NCBI GenBank assembly: GCA_951406725.2
Contig: OX597842.1
Location: 17,050,001 to 17,114,000 of the forward strand
DNA length: 64,000 nucleotides
Direction: 5' to 3'
From: Octopus vulgaris
Lineage: Eukaryota
Shown here: positions 1 through 12,589 of the stretch, in pieces
Numbering within the stretch: position 1 is the stretch's first letter
How the letters are laid out: each line of letters begins with the position of its first letter
Notes under the pieces: model-generated
Seen by the model: only the letters and a program-made list of their open reading frames with translations
Database searches by the model: none
Told to the model about the DNA's origin: nothing
Made by a program: the position numbers and the translations under genes

Positions 1-58
1 TCATCGAGTACAAGAAAGGAGTTAAACTTTTGATGAAATAAAGCCTTCATTAGGATTG

Positions 59-59
59 A

Positions 60-134
<75 letters not shown>

Positions 135-406
135 ATCATTATTATCATTATTATTATTATTATTATTATTATTAATAATATGATTATTATTATTATTACT
201 ATTATTATTATTAATATTATTATTATTAATATTATTATCATTAATATTATTAATATTATTATTATTACTATTATTATTATTATTATAATTATTATTATTA
301 TTATCATTATTATTAATATTATTATTATTACTATTAATATTATGATTAGTATTATTATTAATATTATTATTATTATTATCAATATTATTATTATTATCAT
401 TATTAC

Positions 407-449
<43 letters not shown>

Positions 450-475
450 TCTATAATAATAATAATAATAATAAC
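59..475. repeat. (ATT)n microsatellite that flips to (AAT)n; part of the composite tandem unit
   Basis: Direct inspection; explains poly-Ile ORFs 50..400 and 180..650. Confidence 0.98.
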
Positions 476-740
476 TTTTTATATTTATACACACATATAT
501 ATACATATATATATATATATACATGTATATATACACATATATATATATATATATATACTTGTATATATACATAGTCATATATACATACATATATATACAT
601 ATACATATATATGCATATACATATATATACATACATACATATATCTATAACTATATATACATATTAGTATATATATATCTACATATATATATACATTTAA
701 GTATATATATGTGTATATATATATGTATACATACATATAT

Positions 741-2852
741 CAGGCGCATCAAAAGACTCAACAAAAAAATCAACCAATTAAAATATTCCCACACGCAACA
801 TCCACATTCAACAACAATGAAAAGACTAGAGCTGGAAAAACTTCATCTGCAGACTAACATGAAAACCTCCATTGAAAATCAAAGAGCTGTGGAGGAACAA
901 TGGGTAATCAAAATCATCAAACAGAACCCAAAAGTGTTCTATTCTTATGCAAATAAGCATAGAACCACTGTCTCACCTATTGGGCCATTGATTGATGAAA
1001 ACGGCATTCCCCAACACGATGCTAAAGAAATGGCAGAAATACTGCAGAAACAATATTGCTCTGTCTTCAGTGTTCCCATTGATATTGATGTGAGGGAAAC
1101 GAACGAAGCTGACTCCCAACACAAAATCGCAGACATAACCTTCACTGCCACCGACATCGTAGCAGCAATAAATGAGGTCAAACATTACTCTGCTGTTGGC
1201 CCTGATAGATTTCCCGCCAGTCTCCTGAAGGAATGTAGATATCAACTTGCAGTCCCTCTGACCAACCTCTGGAGAAACTCGTTAGACGCAGGTTATATAC
1301 CGAAAAAGTTTCTATCCCAGTCGGTCATCCCGGTTTTCAAACAGGGAAACAGATCCCTCGCAGTCAACTATCGCCCAATCTCACTCACCTCCCACATCAT
1401 TAAAGTGTTTGAAAGAGTGTTAAGATCAAGGATAGCTGACTTCCTGGAGACCCACAAACTCCTAAATTCAAATCAGCATGGCTTTCGCTGTGGCAGGGAC
1501 TGTCTAACACAGCTCTTACACCACATTGAAGATGTACTCAAAGCCTTGGGAACAGGTTCGAACTCTGACGTCATATACCTTGACTTCAGTAAAGCATTCG
1601 ACAGGGTAGACCATAACATCCTACTCTCAAAATTGGCAAATGTTGGAATCCGTGGAAAAGTTCTACACTGGATTCAGTATTTCCTAGCGAATAGAACACA
1701 ACATGTTGTAGTTGATGGAGTCCACTCAAACCCAGCAAAAGTCACCAGCGGTGTTCCCCAGGGAACTGTTTTGGGTCCGCTACTCTTCATAATTTATGTA
1801 AACGACCTTTCCAGTGTCGTACATCACTGCAAAGTGAAAATATTCGCTGATGACACTAAGCTCCAGCAAATCGTCAATGAAGAAGCAGACCGAACTCAAC
1901 TCCAGTCTGACCTATATGCTGTGAGTCAATGGGCAGACAGAAACAAAATGCAACTGAATGAGGGAAAATTTGAGCTGATGCATTTTGGAAGAAATTCCTC
2001 ACTAAAACAACCATACTCTCTTCCTTCAGGGGAACCGCTCACAGCCTCTAACAATATCAGAGACCTGGGTGTAATTGTTGATGACGATCTCAGTTGGAGT
2101 ACACACATCAACAAGAAGGTCGATACAGCTCGTAGGATGAGTTCCTGGATCTTAAGAACTTTCCGGTCCAGAGAACAAGGTGTCATCATACCACTTTTTT
2201 CATCCTTTGTACGGCCACACCTTGAATACTGCTGCCCACTGTGGTCTCCTCACACAAGACAAAACATCTCAAGAATTGAGTCACCCCAGAGGGCTCTCAC
2301 TAAACAAATTGAAGGCATGGCTGCTCTCGACTATTGGGATCGTCTTAAAGCCTTGAAACTTTACTCCCTCCAGCGTCGCCGTGAGCGGTACATCATTTGT
2401 ACGATGTGGAAAATATACCGCCAACTTTGCCCAAACGACCTAAACATTAGCTTCAAGGTTCATCCGAGACTTGGACCACGGGCTATACGTCACCTGCCAA
2501 ATTCAATATCACAACATACATGTACACTGCAACATAATTTCTTTTCCTCAACAGGCCCTGCCCTATTTAACATTGTCCCGAGGGAGATCAAAGAGGAAAA
2601 GGATCCCAACAACTTCAAACAGAGTCTGGATAGATTCCTTCAAAGAATACCAGATAAGCCACCCATAATTGGATACAACTCACCCAACAAGAACTCACTA
2701 CTTGAACAAAACTGGATACAACTCACCCAACAAGAACTCACTACTTGAACAAAACTTGACTTAAACAGGATTCGAATAATCCTATCAGGTGGTGCTATTA
2801 AGTTAGACATGGCCTGGACCAATCTCTGGTCGAAACATATCTAAGTCTAAGT
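741..2852 (+). mobile_element. 5'-truncated CR1-type LINE inserted in a (TA)n tract
   Basis: RT ORF, short 3' UTR and (CTAAGT)2 tail; the TA-rich flanks rejoin the tandem-unit sequence. Confidence 0.93.
742..2748 (+). CDS. CR1-type ORF2 fragment: RT and C-terminal domain, no endonuclease
   Basis: Motifs [56 protein letters not shown]. The first ~73 aa of ORF 523..2748 are translated microsatellite. A 43-bp tandem duplication lies at 2670-2755. Confidence 0.92.
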   Translation, partial: RRIKRLNKKINQLKYSHTQHPHSTTMKRLELEKLHLQTNMKTSIENQRAVEEQWVIKIIKQNPKVFYSYANKHRTTVSPIGPLIDENGIPQHDAKEMAEILQKQYCSVFSVPIDIDVRETNEADSQHKIADITFTATDIVAAINEVKHYSAVGPDRFPASLLKECRYQLAVPLTNLWRNSLDAGYIPKKFLSQSVIPVFKQGNRSLAVNYRPISLTSHIIKVFERVLRSRIADFLETHKLLNSNQHGFRCGRDCLTQLLHHIEDVLKALGTGSNSDVIYLDFSKAFDRVDHNILLSKLANVGIRGKVLHWIQYFLANRTQHVVVDGVHSNPAKVTSGVPQGTVLGPLLFIIYVNDLSSVVHHCKVKIFADDTKLQQIVNEEADRTQLQSDLYAVSQWADRNKMQLNEGKFELMHFGRNSSLKQPYSLPSGEPLTASNNIRDLGVIVDDDLSWSTHINKKVDTARRMSSWILRTFRSREQGVIIPLFSSFVRPHLEYCCPLWSPHTRQNISRIESPQRALTKQIEGMAALDYWDRLKALKLYSLQRRRERYIICTMWKIYRQLCPNDLNISFKVHPRLGPRAIRHLPNSISQHTCTLQHNFFSSTGPALFNIVPREIKEEKDPNNFKQSLDRFLQRIPDKPPIIGYNSPNKNSLLEQNWIQLTQQELTT

Positions 2853-3150
2853 TTTATATATTTATATATATGGATGTGCGTATTTATATATGTATATACA
2901 GATATAGATGTGTGTATACATATATATATACATATATATACATATATACAGGTAGATAGATAGATAGATTGATAGAGAGACAGACAGAGAGATAGATAGA
3001 TGTACGCGGGTCCTTCTAGTTCCAAATCTACTTTCAGGTTTTGGGGCTTTGACCAACCCGAGACTGTAGAAGAGGCACTTTCGCAAGGTGACACGCTGTG
3101 GGGCCGAACCCGGATCCATGTAATTAGGAAGTAACACACAAACCACCTAC

Positions 3151-3186
<36 letters not shown>

Positions 3187-4320
3187 ATAAATACACACAC
3201 ACATGTACACACACGCATACACATACAACAGTTGCTAATCACTATCCTAACACTTATTACCCTTTTTTCATATGTATTTCTTTATTTTAAATCTGTCTAT
3301 CTGCATGAAATTCTAAATCACAGAAAAAATCGAAATCAGAACGTTAAGTTTCAAGTTAGTGTAGAAAGGATAGTTGATCAATCGATCCATGATTTCTACA
3401 AATCCATCTCCGTCCTTTCCATTCTCATCGGAAGTGGAAAATGAAAATGGTAAACCGAGTATAATAAAAGCACAAGTGAGCTACAGTATTTTATATTATA
3501 GGATTATAAAAACAATTTCAGTAATTATCTCTCATTTCATTCTTAATATTATTAATTCACTTACCTTTAAGATTCATGACATTTACAGAGATCGTTAAGT
3601 AAACTTTAATTTTAGTTGCAAATTCGACCAACAAGACGTGTCCCACTACAAACAATAAGCTTCTGCCTTTTAATGTCCCCTTTTCCTAGTCTCGATAAAC
3701 AAGCTTTCTTTCATTTATTTCTATTCTCTTCGTTATGATAATTTAAGAATAAATTCAGGATATTTCACATTTGATTTCTTTTTGCATTGATTTCGTAAAG
3801 ACAAGGTCTTCAAAGCAATCTCTCCCGAGTTCTTTCACTCTTATAAAATCGATGGCCAACTTGAACTTTCTTTGCCTCTTACTCCTGAAGTCGTCGCCAG
3901 GTAATTTCACTTTCCGTTAAATAAATTCTTAAATTCCAGGTCTTATATTCGTTTGTCTTTCTCTCCAGAATGCTTTGCTCTTCAGAATGCTTTGCTCTTC
4001 GGAAGGTAAGTAAATTATCAGATTTAACCTTAGCTTTGCTATGTTCTCAACAGCAACTGTTTCTATCCATCGATCTTAGTAAATAAACCGCTTGAAAGAA
4101 GTCGACTGCGTTTGGATGCACGTTGAGCGAAACGATTTTACTTTAACTTGGCAATATATCGATAGCTTTAAATTTTTCATTATGCACTAGATAAATTATA
4201 CTTAATGCCATCGAAAGTGGTGTGGTCATCGAATATAAAGAAAGGAGTTAAACTTTTGATGAAATAAAGCCTTGATTAGGATTGAAATAATAATATTAAT
4301 ATTATTATTATTATTATTAA

Positions 4321-4383
<63 letters not shown>

Positions 4384-4385
4384 CA

Positions 4386-4466
<81 letters not shown>

Positions 4467-4757
4467 TATTATTTTTATTATTATTAATACTATTATTATT
4501 ATTAATATTATTAATATTATTATTATTATTACTATTATCATTATTATAATTATTATTATTATTATTTTTATTATTATTATTACTATTATGATTATTATTA
4601 TTAATATTACTTATTATTACTACCATTATTATTATTACCATTATTATTATTATTATTATTTCTATAATAATAATAATTATTATAATAATAACATAATAAA
4701 ATAATTTTTGTATCCATACACACATATATATATATACATATATATATATACATATAC

Positions 4758-4794
<37 letters not shown>

Positions 4795-5285
4795 TCCTTG
4801 TATATATACATAGTCATATATACATACATATATATACATATACATATATATGCATATACATATATATACATACATACTTACATCTATAACTATATATACA
4901 CATAACTATATATATCTTCATATAAATACATTAAGTATATATATGTATATATATATATGTATATATACATATGTATACATACATATGATATATATATATT
5001 TATATATTTATATATATGGATATTGTATATAGATATGTATATACAGATATATATGTGTGTATACATATATATACATATATACATATATACAGGTAGATAA
5101 TAGATAGATTGATAGACAGATAGTTATATAGATGTACGCGGGTCCTTCTAGTTCCGAATCTACTTTCAGGTTTTGGGGCTTTGACCAACCCGAGGCTGCA
5201 GAAGAGGCACTTTCGCAAGGTGACACGCTGTGGGGCCGAACCCGGATCCATGTAATTAGGAAGTAACACACAAACCACCTACACC

Positions 5286-5336
<51 letters not shown>

Positions 5337-6455
5337 ATAAATACACACACACATGTACACACATGCATACACACACAAAAGGTAGCTAATCACTATCCTA
5401 ACACTTATTACCCTTTTTTCATATGTATTTCTTTATTTTAAATCTGTCTATCTGCATTAAATCATAAATCACAGCAAAATTCGAAATCAGAACGTTAAAT
5501 TTCAAGACAGAGTAGAAAGGATAGTTGATCAGTCGATCCATGATTTCTACAAATCCATCCCCGTCTTTTCCATTCTAATCGGAAGTGGAAAATGAAAATG
5601 GTAAACCGAGTATAATAAAAGCACAAGTGAGCTACAGTATTTTATATCATAGAATTATAAAACAATTTCAGTAATTATCTCTCTTTTCATTCTTAATAAT
5701 ATTAATTCACTTACCTTTAAGATTCATGACTATTACAGAGTTCGTTAAGTACACTTTACTTTTAGTTGCAAAATCGACCAACAAGACGTGTCTCACTGCA
5801 AACAATAAACTTCTGCCTTGTAACGTCCCCTTTTCCTAGTCTCGATAAACAAGCTTTCTTTTATTTATTCCTATTCTCTCCGTTCTGATAATTTAAGAAT
5901 AAATTCAGGATATTTCACATTTGATTTCTTTTTGCATTGATTTCGTAAAGACAATGTCTTTAAAGCAATCCCTCCCGAGTTCTTCCACTCTTATAAAATC
6001 GCTGGCCGACTTGAACTTTTTTTCTCTCTTACTCCAGAAGTCGTCACCAGGTAATTTCACTTTTCGTTAAATAAGTTCTTCAATTCCAGGTCTTATATTC
6101 GTTTGTCTTTCTCTCCAGAATGCTTTGCTCTTCAGAAGGTAAGTAAATTATCAGATTTAACCTTAGCTTTGCTATGTTTTCAACAGCAACTGTTTCTATC
6201 CATCGATCTTAGTAAATAAACCGCTTGAAAGAAGTCGACTGCGTTTGGATGCACGTTGAGCGAAACGATTTTACTTTAACTTGGCAATATATCGATAGCT
6301 TTAAATTTTTAATTATGCACTAGATAATTTATACTCAATGCCATCGAAGTGGTGTGGTCATCGAGTACAAAAAGGAGTAAAGCTTTTTATGAAATAAATC
6401 CTTGATTAGGATTGAAATACTATTATTATTATTACTATTATTTATATTATTAATA

Positions 6456-6526
<71 letters not shown>

Positions 6527-6604
6527 TTTATTTTTATTAATATTATTATTATTATTAATATTGTTATTAATAATATTATTATTAATATTATTATTATTAT
6601 TATT

Positions 6605-8755
6605 TTTTTCTTCTTTCAAATTTGCTTCCATTTCTTGCCGAGTGTCTTCCCGACTCCTAGGGCAAAGAAACTCACAGTATACATTGGTAGGCCATTAAAC
6701 CAAACTCAATAGTTCCTTCATTTTTTAATTTTTTTTTTTAAATTTAAATTAAAATACATGAGCAGCAACAGTTCTCACATCGACAATGCTCTTCTCAATA
6801 CGTGTGATATACCAGTTAAGACAATCTTTTGCACTTCTTGCAGGGATGGTAAGCCAGGGATCATTCTCATATAATTTTCGGTTCCCTTCTTGATCATTCC
6901 TAGTGCTCCTACGATCACTGGTATTGTAACCGCCTTGAGATACCACATTTTCTCAATTTCAATGAGTAGGTCTTTATATTTTCTGAGCTTGTCAAACTCT
7001 TTCGCTGAGATATTATGATCACAGGGGATGCTCATGTCGATCAATAAGCAAACTTTATTGTTTTGGTCTTTCACAACAATATCTGGTTTATTGGCCTTGA
7101 TTGTTCGGTCTGTATGTACTGGAAAGTCCCACCGAATGGTTACATTTTCTCCTTCAGTTACAGCCTCAGGGTGGTGATTATACCACTTGTCGGCAGTTTT
7201 GATATTGTAATGCCGACTTTTTAGCCAGTGTAGATATTGGCCAACTCTGTCATGTCTTAATTTATACTCCACTGGAGCTAAGACTTTACATCCAGAGATT
7301 AGGTGGTCCACTATTTCAATCATGTCGTTGCAGAATCGGCATTTTGGGTCTGCTCCATTTTTCATCACATTGGCCTGGTAGTTCCGGGTTAATAGGCTTT
7401 GATCTTGAGCAGCCAGGATGAAACCTTCGCTCTCTGCTTTTAGCCCTGAGCTCCGTAGCCACTGATGGGTTTGCTTCTGGTCAACATCTGCTTGTTTGCT
7501 GCGGGTCACATATTTGCCGTGCAGAGGTTTCTCCTCCCACCTATCAGCCAATTGCTCGTGCGCTTTTTTCGTTGCCATTATTTTCACCTTCTTTGCAACA
7601 ATAATTGCCGTACTTCCCTCGGGTTGTTCTGTTTGGGTATCCTGCACGAGATCAATAGCAAATGTTTTGCTTTCCTTTATGATAGAATGAAGCTTCTTTC
7701 GTCTCTCGTGATTTTCCACGAGCTTTAGCATCCAGTCATTCGATATTTCGAGATATTTGGCCAGTCCAATTGTGGTTGTTTTGTAAGCTAGTTCAAATTG
7801 GATCAGGCCTCGACCTCCTTGGGCTCTGGGAAGGTAAAGGCGATCTACGTCTGCCTTTGGGTGGTGCATCCTATTACAACTCGGCAGCTTGCGTATTTTC
7901 CTATCTATATTTTTTACTTCACTCATATTCCAGTTCAACACATTGTAGCTATAAGTAACAACTGGAACTGCTAAGGAATTTATAGCTAACACCTTGTTAC
8001 GTGCATTTAGTTCAGATTTCAGGACTGCACGAACTCTCCTATAACATTCCTTCCTGATCTTCTCTTTCATGCTTGCATGCTGAATACCAGAGCCTTCATT
8101 TATCCCTAAATATTTGTATGTTTGTTCTTGCTCAAGCTCTCTTATGACTGTGTCAACATCTAACACGACTGAATTTGTGATCTTCACTTTCCCTTTCTGG
8201 AAAGTGGCCTTGGCACACTTCTCAAGTCCAAACTCCATCCCGATGTCATCGCTGAATGCTTTCACAGTGCGCAATAGGCCTTCAAGTTCATTATTGTCTT
8301 TACCATAAAGTTTTAAGTCATCCATATAAAATAGATGGCTTATTTTTTTATTGGCAATTTTATACCCATACCCTGTTCTGTTTAATTCACTTGTAAGGGG
8401 TATTAGGGCTATGCAGAATATTAAAGGTGAAAGTGAGTCACCTTGAAAAATTCCACAGTTGATGTTTATATTTTCTGAGGCAAGTACTCCATTAGAGTGG
8501 TATAATTGGAGATTCGTATTCCACAACGACATATTGTGCTTCAGGAAGTTTGAAATCACAGGGGAAATTTTGAAGATGTCCAGCGATCTCAAGATCCATG
8601 GATGCGGTATACTGTCGAAGGCCTTTTTATAGTCAATCCATGCGGTGCTGAGATTTCTGCGCTTGTTGTAACAGTTCTCAAGGATCATACGATTGATTAG
8701 CAGTTGATCTTTGCATCCGTAAGAGCCTCGGCGGCACCTTTTTTTTCAATGGGAT
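6605..8755 (-). mobile_element. 5'-truncated R4/Dong-clade non-LTR retrotransposon inserted in (ATT)n
   Basis: RT plus restriction-like endonuclease ORF; (ATT)n on both sides, the known Dong target type. Confidence 0.92.
6775..8688 (-). CDS. RT, CCHC finger and restriction-like (PD-D/ExK) endonuclease of an R4/Dong element
   Basis: WIDYKKAFDS, GIFQGDSLSP, YMDD, CRFC..HLISGC, RHD, KPDIVV..LIDMSIP..KLRKY, HVLRRAL. Confidence 0.92.
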   Translation of the reverse strand: MILENCYNKRRNLSTAWIDYKKAFDSIPHPWILRSLDIFKISPVISNFLKHNMSLWNTNLQLYHSNGVLASENININCGIFQGDSLSPLIFCIALIPLTSELNRTGYGYKIANKKISHLFYMDDLKLYGKDNNELEGLLRTVKAFSDDIGMEFGLEKCAKATFQKGKVKITNSVVLDVDTVIRELEQEQTYKYLGINEGSGIQHASMKEKIRKECYRRVRAVLKSELNARNKVLAINSLAVPVVTYSYNVLNWNMSEVKNIDRKIRKLPSCNRMHHPKADVDRLYLPRAQGGRGLIQFELAYKTTTIGLAKYLEISNDWMLKLVENHERRKKLHSIIKESKTFAIDLVQDTQTEQPEGSTAIIVAKKVKIMATKKAHEQLADRWEEKPLHGKYVTRSKQADVDQKQTHQWLRSSGLKAESEGFILAAQDQSLLTRNYQANVMKNGADPKCRFCNDMIEIVDHLISGCKVLAPVEYKLRHDRVGQYLHWLKSRHYNIKTADKWYNHHPEAVTEGENVTIRWDFPVHTDRTIKANKPDIVVKDQNNKVCLLIDMSIPCDHNISAKEFDKLRKYKDLLIEIEKMWYLKAVTIPVIVGALGMIKKGTENYMRMIPGLPSLQEVQKIVLTGISHVLRRALSM

Positions 8756-8914
8756 TATTAATATTATTATTATTATTACTATTATTATTATTATTTATAT
8801 TATCATTATTACTATTAATATTATTATTATTATTATTTCTATAATAATAATAATAATAATAATAAATAATAATTAATAAAAATATTTTATATATTCATAC
8901 ACACATATATATAT

Positions 8915-9648
8915 TTAACTGTGGACAGCAATATAAGCTGGGCTACTCATATAAACACCGAAGTTGACATGGCCTGCAGAATGTTTTCCTGGATTCTCAG
9001 AACTTTCCAGTCGAGAGATATCTACACTATTATCCTTCTCTTCTCCACTTTTGCCTGACCCCACCTTTAATACTGTTGTCCAATGTGGTCTCCCCACACA
9101 AAACAAAGTATCATAAATGTTGAAGCACCTCAAAGGGCAATCACATAAACAATAGATGGCATGACAGGCCTCGACTATTGGGGTCGACTAGAAAAGCTAA
9201 AACTTTATTCTCTCCAACGTCGCCGTGAGCGCTACATCATCTGCATGATGTGGAAAATATTCCATCAGCATTGCCCAAATGATGTTGGCATCACCTTTAA
9301 GGTACATCCAAGGCTTGGACCCCGTGCCATCCGCCCACAACAAAAATCGCACACTCATCTCATAACAATACGGCACAATTATTTCACCTCAATTGGCCCC
9401 GCTCTCTTTAACATTACACCAAAACACATTAAAACAGAAACAGACCCTATAGGGTTTAAGAAGTCTTTGGACAAGAAATCCCGGATAAACCCCCTACACC
9501 CGGATATGTCTCTGTAAACAATAACTCTCTACTTGAGTGGGCCATAGTGCCCAAATTCTGATTTGAAAGACTTCACCAGGTGGTGCTATTAAGTTAGACA
9601 TGGCCAGGGCCAATAATGGCCGAAACCTATCAAAGTATCAATGTAAGT
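8915..9648 (+). mobile_element. Decayed 3' fragment of a CR1-type LINE related to 741-2852
   Basis: [22 protein letters not shown]; 3' UTR motif caggtggtgctattaagttagacatggcc is shared with 2785-2814. Confidence 0.88.
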
Positions 9649-9837
9649 TTATATACATATATATATATATATATACATGTATATATACATATATATAGAT
9701 ATATATATCCTTGTATATATACATATTTATGTATACATGTACATACATATATATACATATACATATTTATGCATATCCATATATATATATACATACATAC
9801 ATATATCTATAACTATATATACATATAAGTATATATG

Positions 9838-9869
<32 letters not shown>

Positions 9870-10664
9870 TATATGTATATATATATGTATATACACATAT
9901 GTATACATACATATGATATACATATATATAAATATTTATATATATGTATGTGTATATATATATGTGTATATATAGATATCTCCCGAGTTCATCCACTCTT
10001 ATAAAAATTGGTGGCCAACTTGAACTTCAGAGGATCGTCGCCAGAAGTCGTCAACAGGTAATTTCACTTTTCGTTAAATAAGTTCTTAAATTCCAGATCT
10101 TATATTCGTTTTTTTTTCTCGCCAGAATGCTTTGCTCTTCAGAAAATAAGTAAATTATAAGTTTTACCCTTAGCTTCGTTTGGTTTTCAACAGCAACAGT
10201 TTCTATCCATCGATCTTAGCAAAGAAACCGCTTGAAACAAGTCGACTGCGTTTGTATACATTGTGAGCGAAACGATTTTATTTTAACTTGGCAATATATC
10301 GGTAGCTTTAAATTTTTAATTATGCACTAGATAAATTACACTTAATGCCCTCGAAAAAACTGTGGTCAATGAGTGCAGGACGAGAATCCAAATCTTTTTG
10401 AAATGAAGCCATGCTTTGGATAGGATTTCGATTTAAAGTAAACGTTGCCTAGATACCAAACTTGAGAAATTAGGCTTCTGAAAACCAGAAAGGACAAAGC
10501 TAATTTGAAGACTACAAATCTAATCCATCAGTGGAACTGTAAAAATCTGTAAACTTTCCAGAAGTTTATCATTTAAATATATATATAAACATGTCTAAAT
10601 ATGCAACTATATGCATGAGAAGACATACATAAAGTAAAATATACAATTCTACACATATACATAA

Positions 10665-10762
10665 AGAAATACCCTGATGTTGAAATTCCAATGGAGTTTT
10701 GAATCTAGGTTAGAAACCGGCTCTTTCTCTATTAGCAAGAAATCTTGAAATAAAATTGAACA
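10665..10762 (+). repeat. Short interspersed repeat fragment; an inverted homolog lies at 49724-49820
   Basis: tctaggttagaaaccggctctttctctattagcaagaaatcttgaaataaa resembles the reverse complement of 49724-49820. Confidence 0.6.
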
Positions 10763-11874
10763 ATGACATTCATACATACATACATACATACATACATACA
10801 TACATACATACATACATACATACATACATACATACACACATACATACATACGTACATACATACAAATAATACATAATGCAAACATACACATACATACACA
10901 AATACATATATACATACATACATTCATACATACATACATGGTGGCTGCCCCCTCGTTATCGAGTATGGCCATTGCACGAAGATTAAAATCAATGTTGTTA
11001 CCGTGCAATACCTGTGCAAGAAGATTTTTCTTAAGTAAGGAAAGGCTGTGCACTGAGTCAATCCCACTCACTAAGCAACAGCAGCCATAATCCGAAAAGA
11101 AGAACAAGTCAACATCATCGGTAACCACTGAGCCGCAGGATGTAAGTCGGAGTCATCCCAGTTACCTGAATTACCTTCTCCTAGAAGGATGCCCTAACAA
11201 AGGCTAAGTGTCCTTCACTCGCAATGGTTTAACTGCGCGATCGGTTATTCAGTCCGATTATTTCTATGTCCCCGCGCATGATACAGCCTTAAGACATTTA
11301 TTGGATGGCCGTTGACTCTCAAGAGTTCCTCCACCCTTTAACGGGTTTTGTTTTTCATCCCGCAGGGTGTCCAATAAACACCCTCCTCACCAAGCATGCT
11401 TCGTGAGGTTGCCGGTTTAGTCGCCGACGACCCGACCATGCAACAGGTTGTACTGGATTACATGTTGCCAGTAGCCCTCGAAAGTAACCTGACATGCATA
11501 CATGCATACATACATACGTACATACATACATACATACATACATACATACATACATACATACATACATACATACATACATACATACATAAGTGTATGTACC
11601 TATGTGCATGAAAATGGCTGTCTTGCATTTACTTGATAGGTTATATGAGAACATACTGTGTTACCCTGCGTCGCTGCACCCACCATTTCTTAGTGATTCC
11701 CTGACGGACGACGCCTTTGTATCATTTAGGCGACAACACTCCAACCCATGGTTCTGTTAGGGCAGTCGTTGGTAGTGAGGGTTTTACGGGATCAAAGTGC
11801 AAATGCTAACTCGCCCCCTTTTAATCTATGTTTACAAAACGCAGACGAAATGTTGGGCCTATTCATTGATATGC

Positions 11875-12005
11875 CAGTCCCCTTCACAGCCCTGGGGCAA
11901 CGTGAAATGCAGTGCCTGTCTCAAGGATACAACACGCCATCCTGTCTGGGAATCGATCGCACGTTCAGAGGATCGTGAATGCAAATCCTGACCCCTAAGC
12001 CACTC
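11875..12005 (-). mobile_element. Decayed tRNA-derived SINE head
   Basis: Reverse complement gives an A-box-like TGGCTTAGGGG and a degenerate B box, then gttgtatccttgagacaggcact. Confidence 0.5.
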
Positions 12006-12094
12006 ACATTCACTGATGAAAAAAATGTATAAACGTTGGGATTTTATTTAAAAATTCAATAAAATGATGATCGTGTTTCCTGATTTTGAATATC

Positions 12095-12496
12095 GGATCT
12101 TTTCCGTTTGAAAGGCAGTTTTTAAAATAATTTCCACGTAAGAAAAAATATTTAAACTCTGTATTCTAGTATAATGTGTTTATAAAACATATCTTTCTCT
12201 TGGCTTTATTGGGAAAATTCTATAGTTTATAAGATATTTGTTGTTGTTTTTCCTTGCAATTTCAGCCAATCAATGACGTCTATTGAGGTAAAAAAACAAT
12301 CTGTGCCGTATGAATATGTTCCTCGTTTAAGAAACAGGTTGGGTTTATTTACATTTGTGAAGAAAAAAGATACCCTTCCCCACCCCTAACCCTTATACAG
12401 ATTGAAATGCAATAGATCGATACTAGGGTCATTATTATGGGTGACTATTTCATATGACACCACTAGAAAAAACTGCCGTTCAAACCGAAAAGATCC
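12095..12496. mobile_element. MITE, 402 bp, with 29-bp TIRs and an 8-bp TSD TGAATATC
   Basis: GGATCTTTTCCGTTTGAAAGGCAGTTTTT vs AAAAACTGCCGTTCAAACCGAAAAGATCC (2 mismatches); TGAATATC at 12087-12094 and 12497-12504. Confidence 0.92.
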
Positions 12497-12589
12497 TGAA
12501 TATCTTCTAATCGATTATTAAAATTAACTGATTATATTCAGTGGAATAAATGGCTGCTTAAGCGCATAAAATATTTATATAATTCTTCA

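Larger units (their letters stand above)
1..10430 (-). repeat. Left block of the composite tandem repeat (~2.1 kb unit); cores at 1-58 (partial), 3234-4284, 5385-6414 and 9977-10430 (partial, diverged)
   Basis: Cores are reverse complements of the cores at 20.5-45.1 kb; unit order is core/(TG,TA)n/SINE relic/(TA)n/(AAT)n. Confidence 0.93.

Noticed and set aside
50-650. Poly-Ile and (YI)n ORFs here and the many similar YI/CMYV/HT/N-rich ORFs across the window
   Set aside because: They are translations of (ATT)n, (TA)n, (TATG)n and (CA)n microsatellites, which are stop-free by composition.
3374-3598. Recurrent 74-aa ORF (MINRSMISTNPSPSF...) in most cores
   Set aside because: Recurrence follows from unit duplication. 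It uses non-ATG starts, is broken in the 5.5 kb and 24 kb copies, and has no recognisable domain.
10935-11490. GC-richer block between (TACA)n tracts, possibly a LINE 5' UTR
   Set aside because: No ORF, TSD or second copy in the window to support a specific call.
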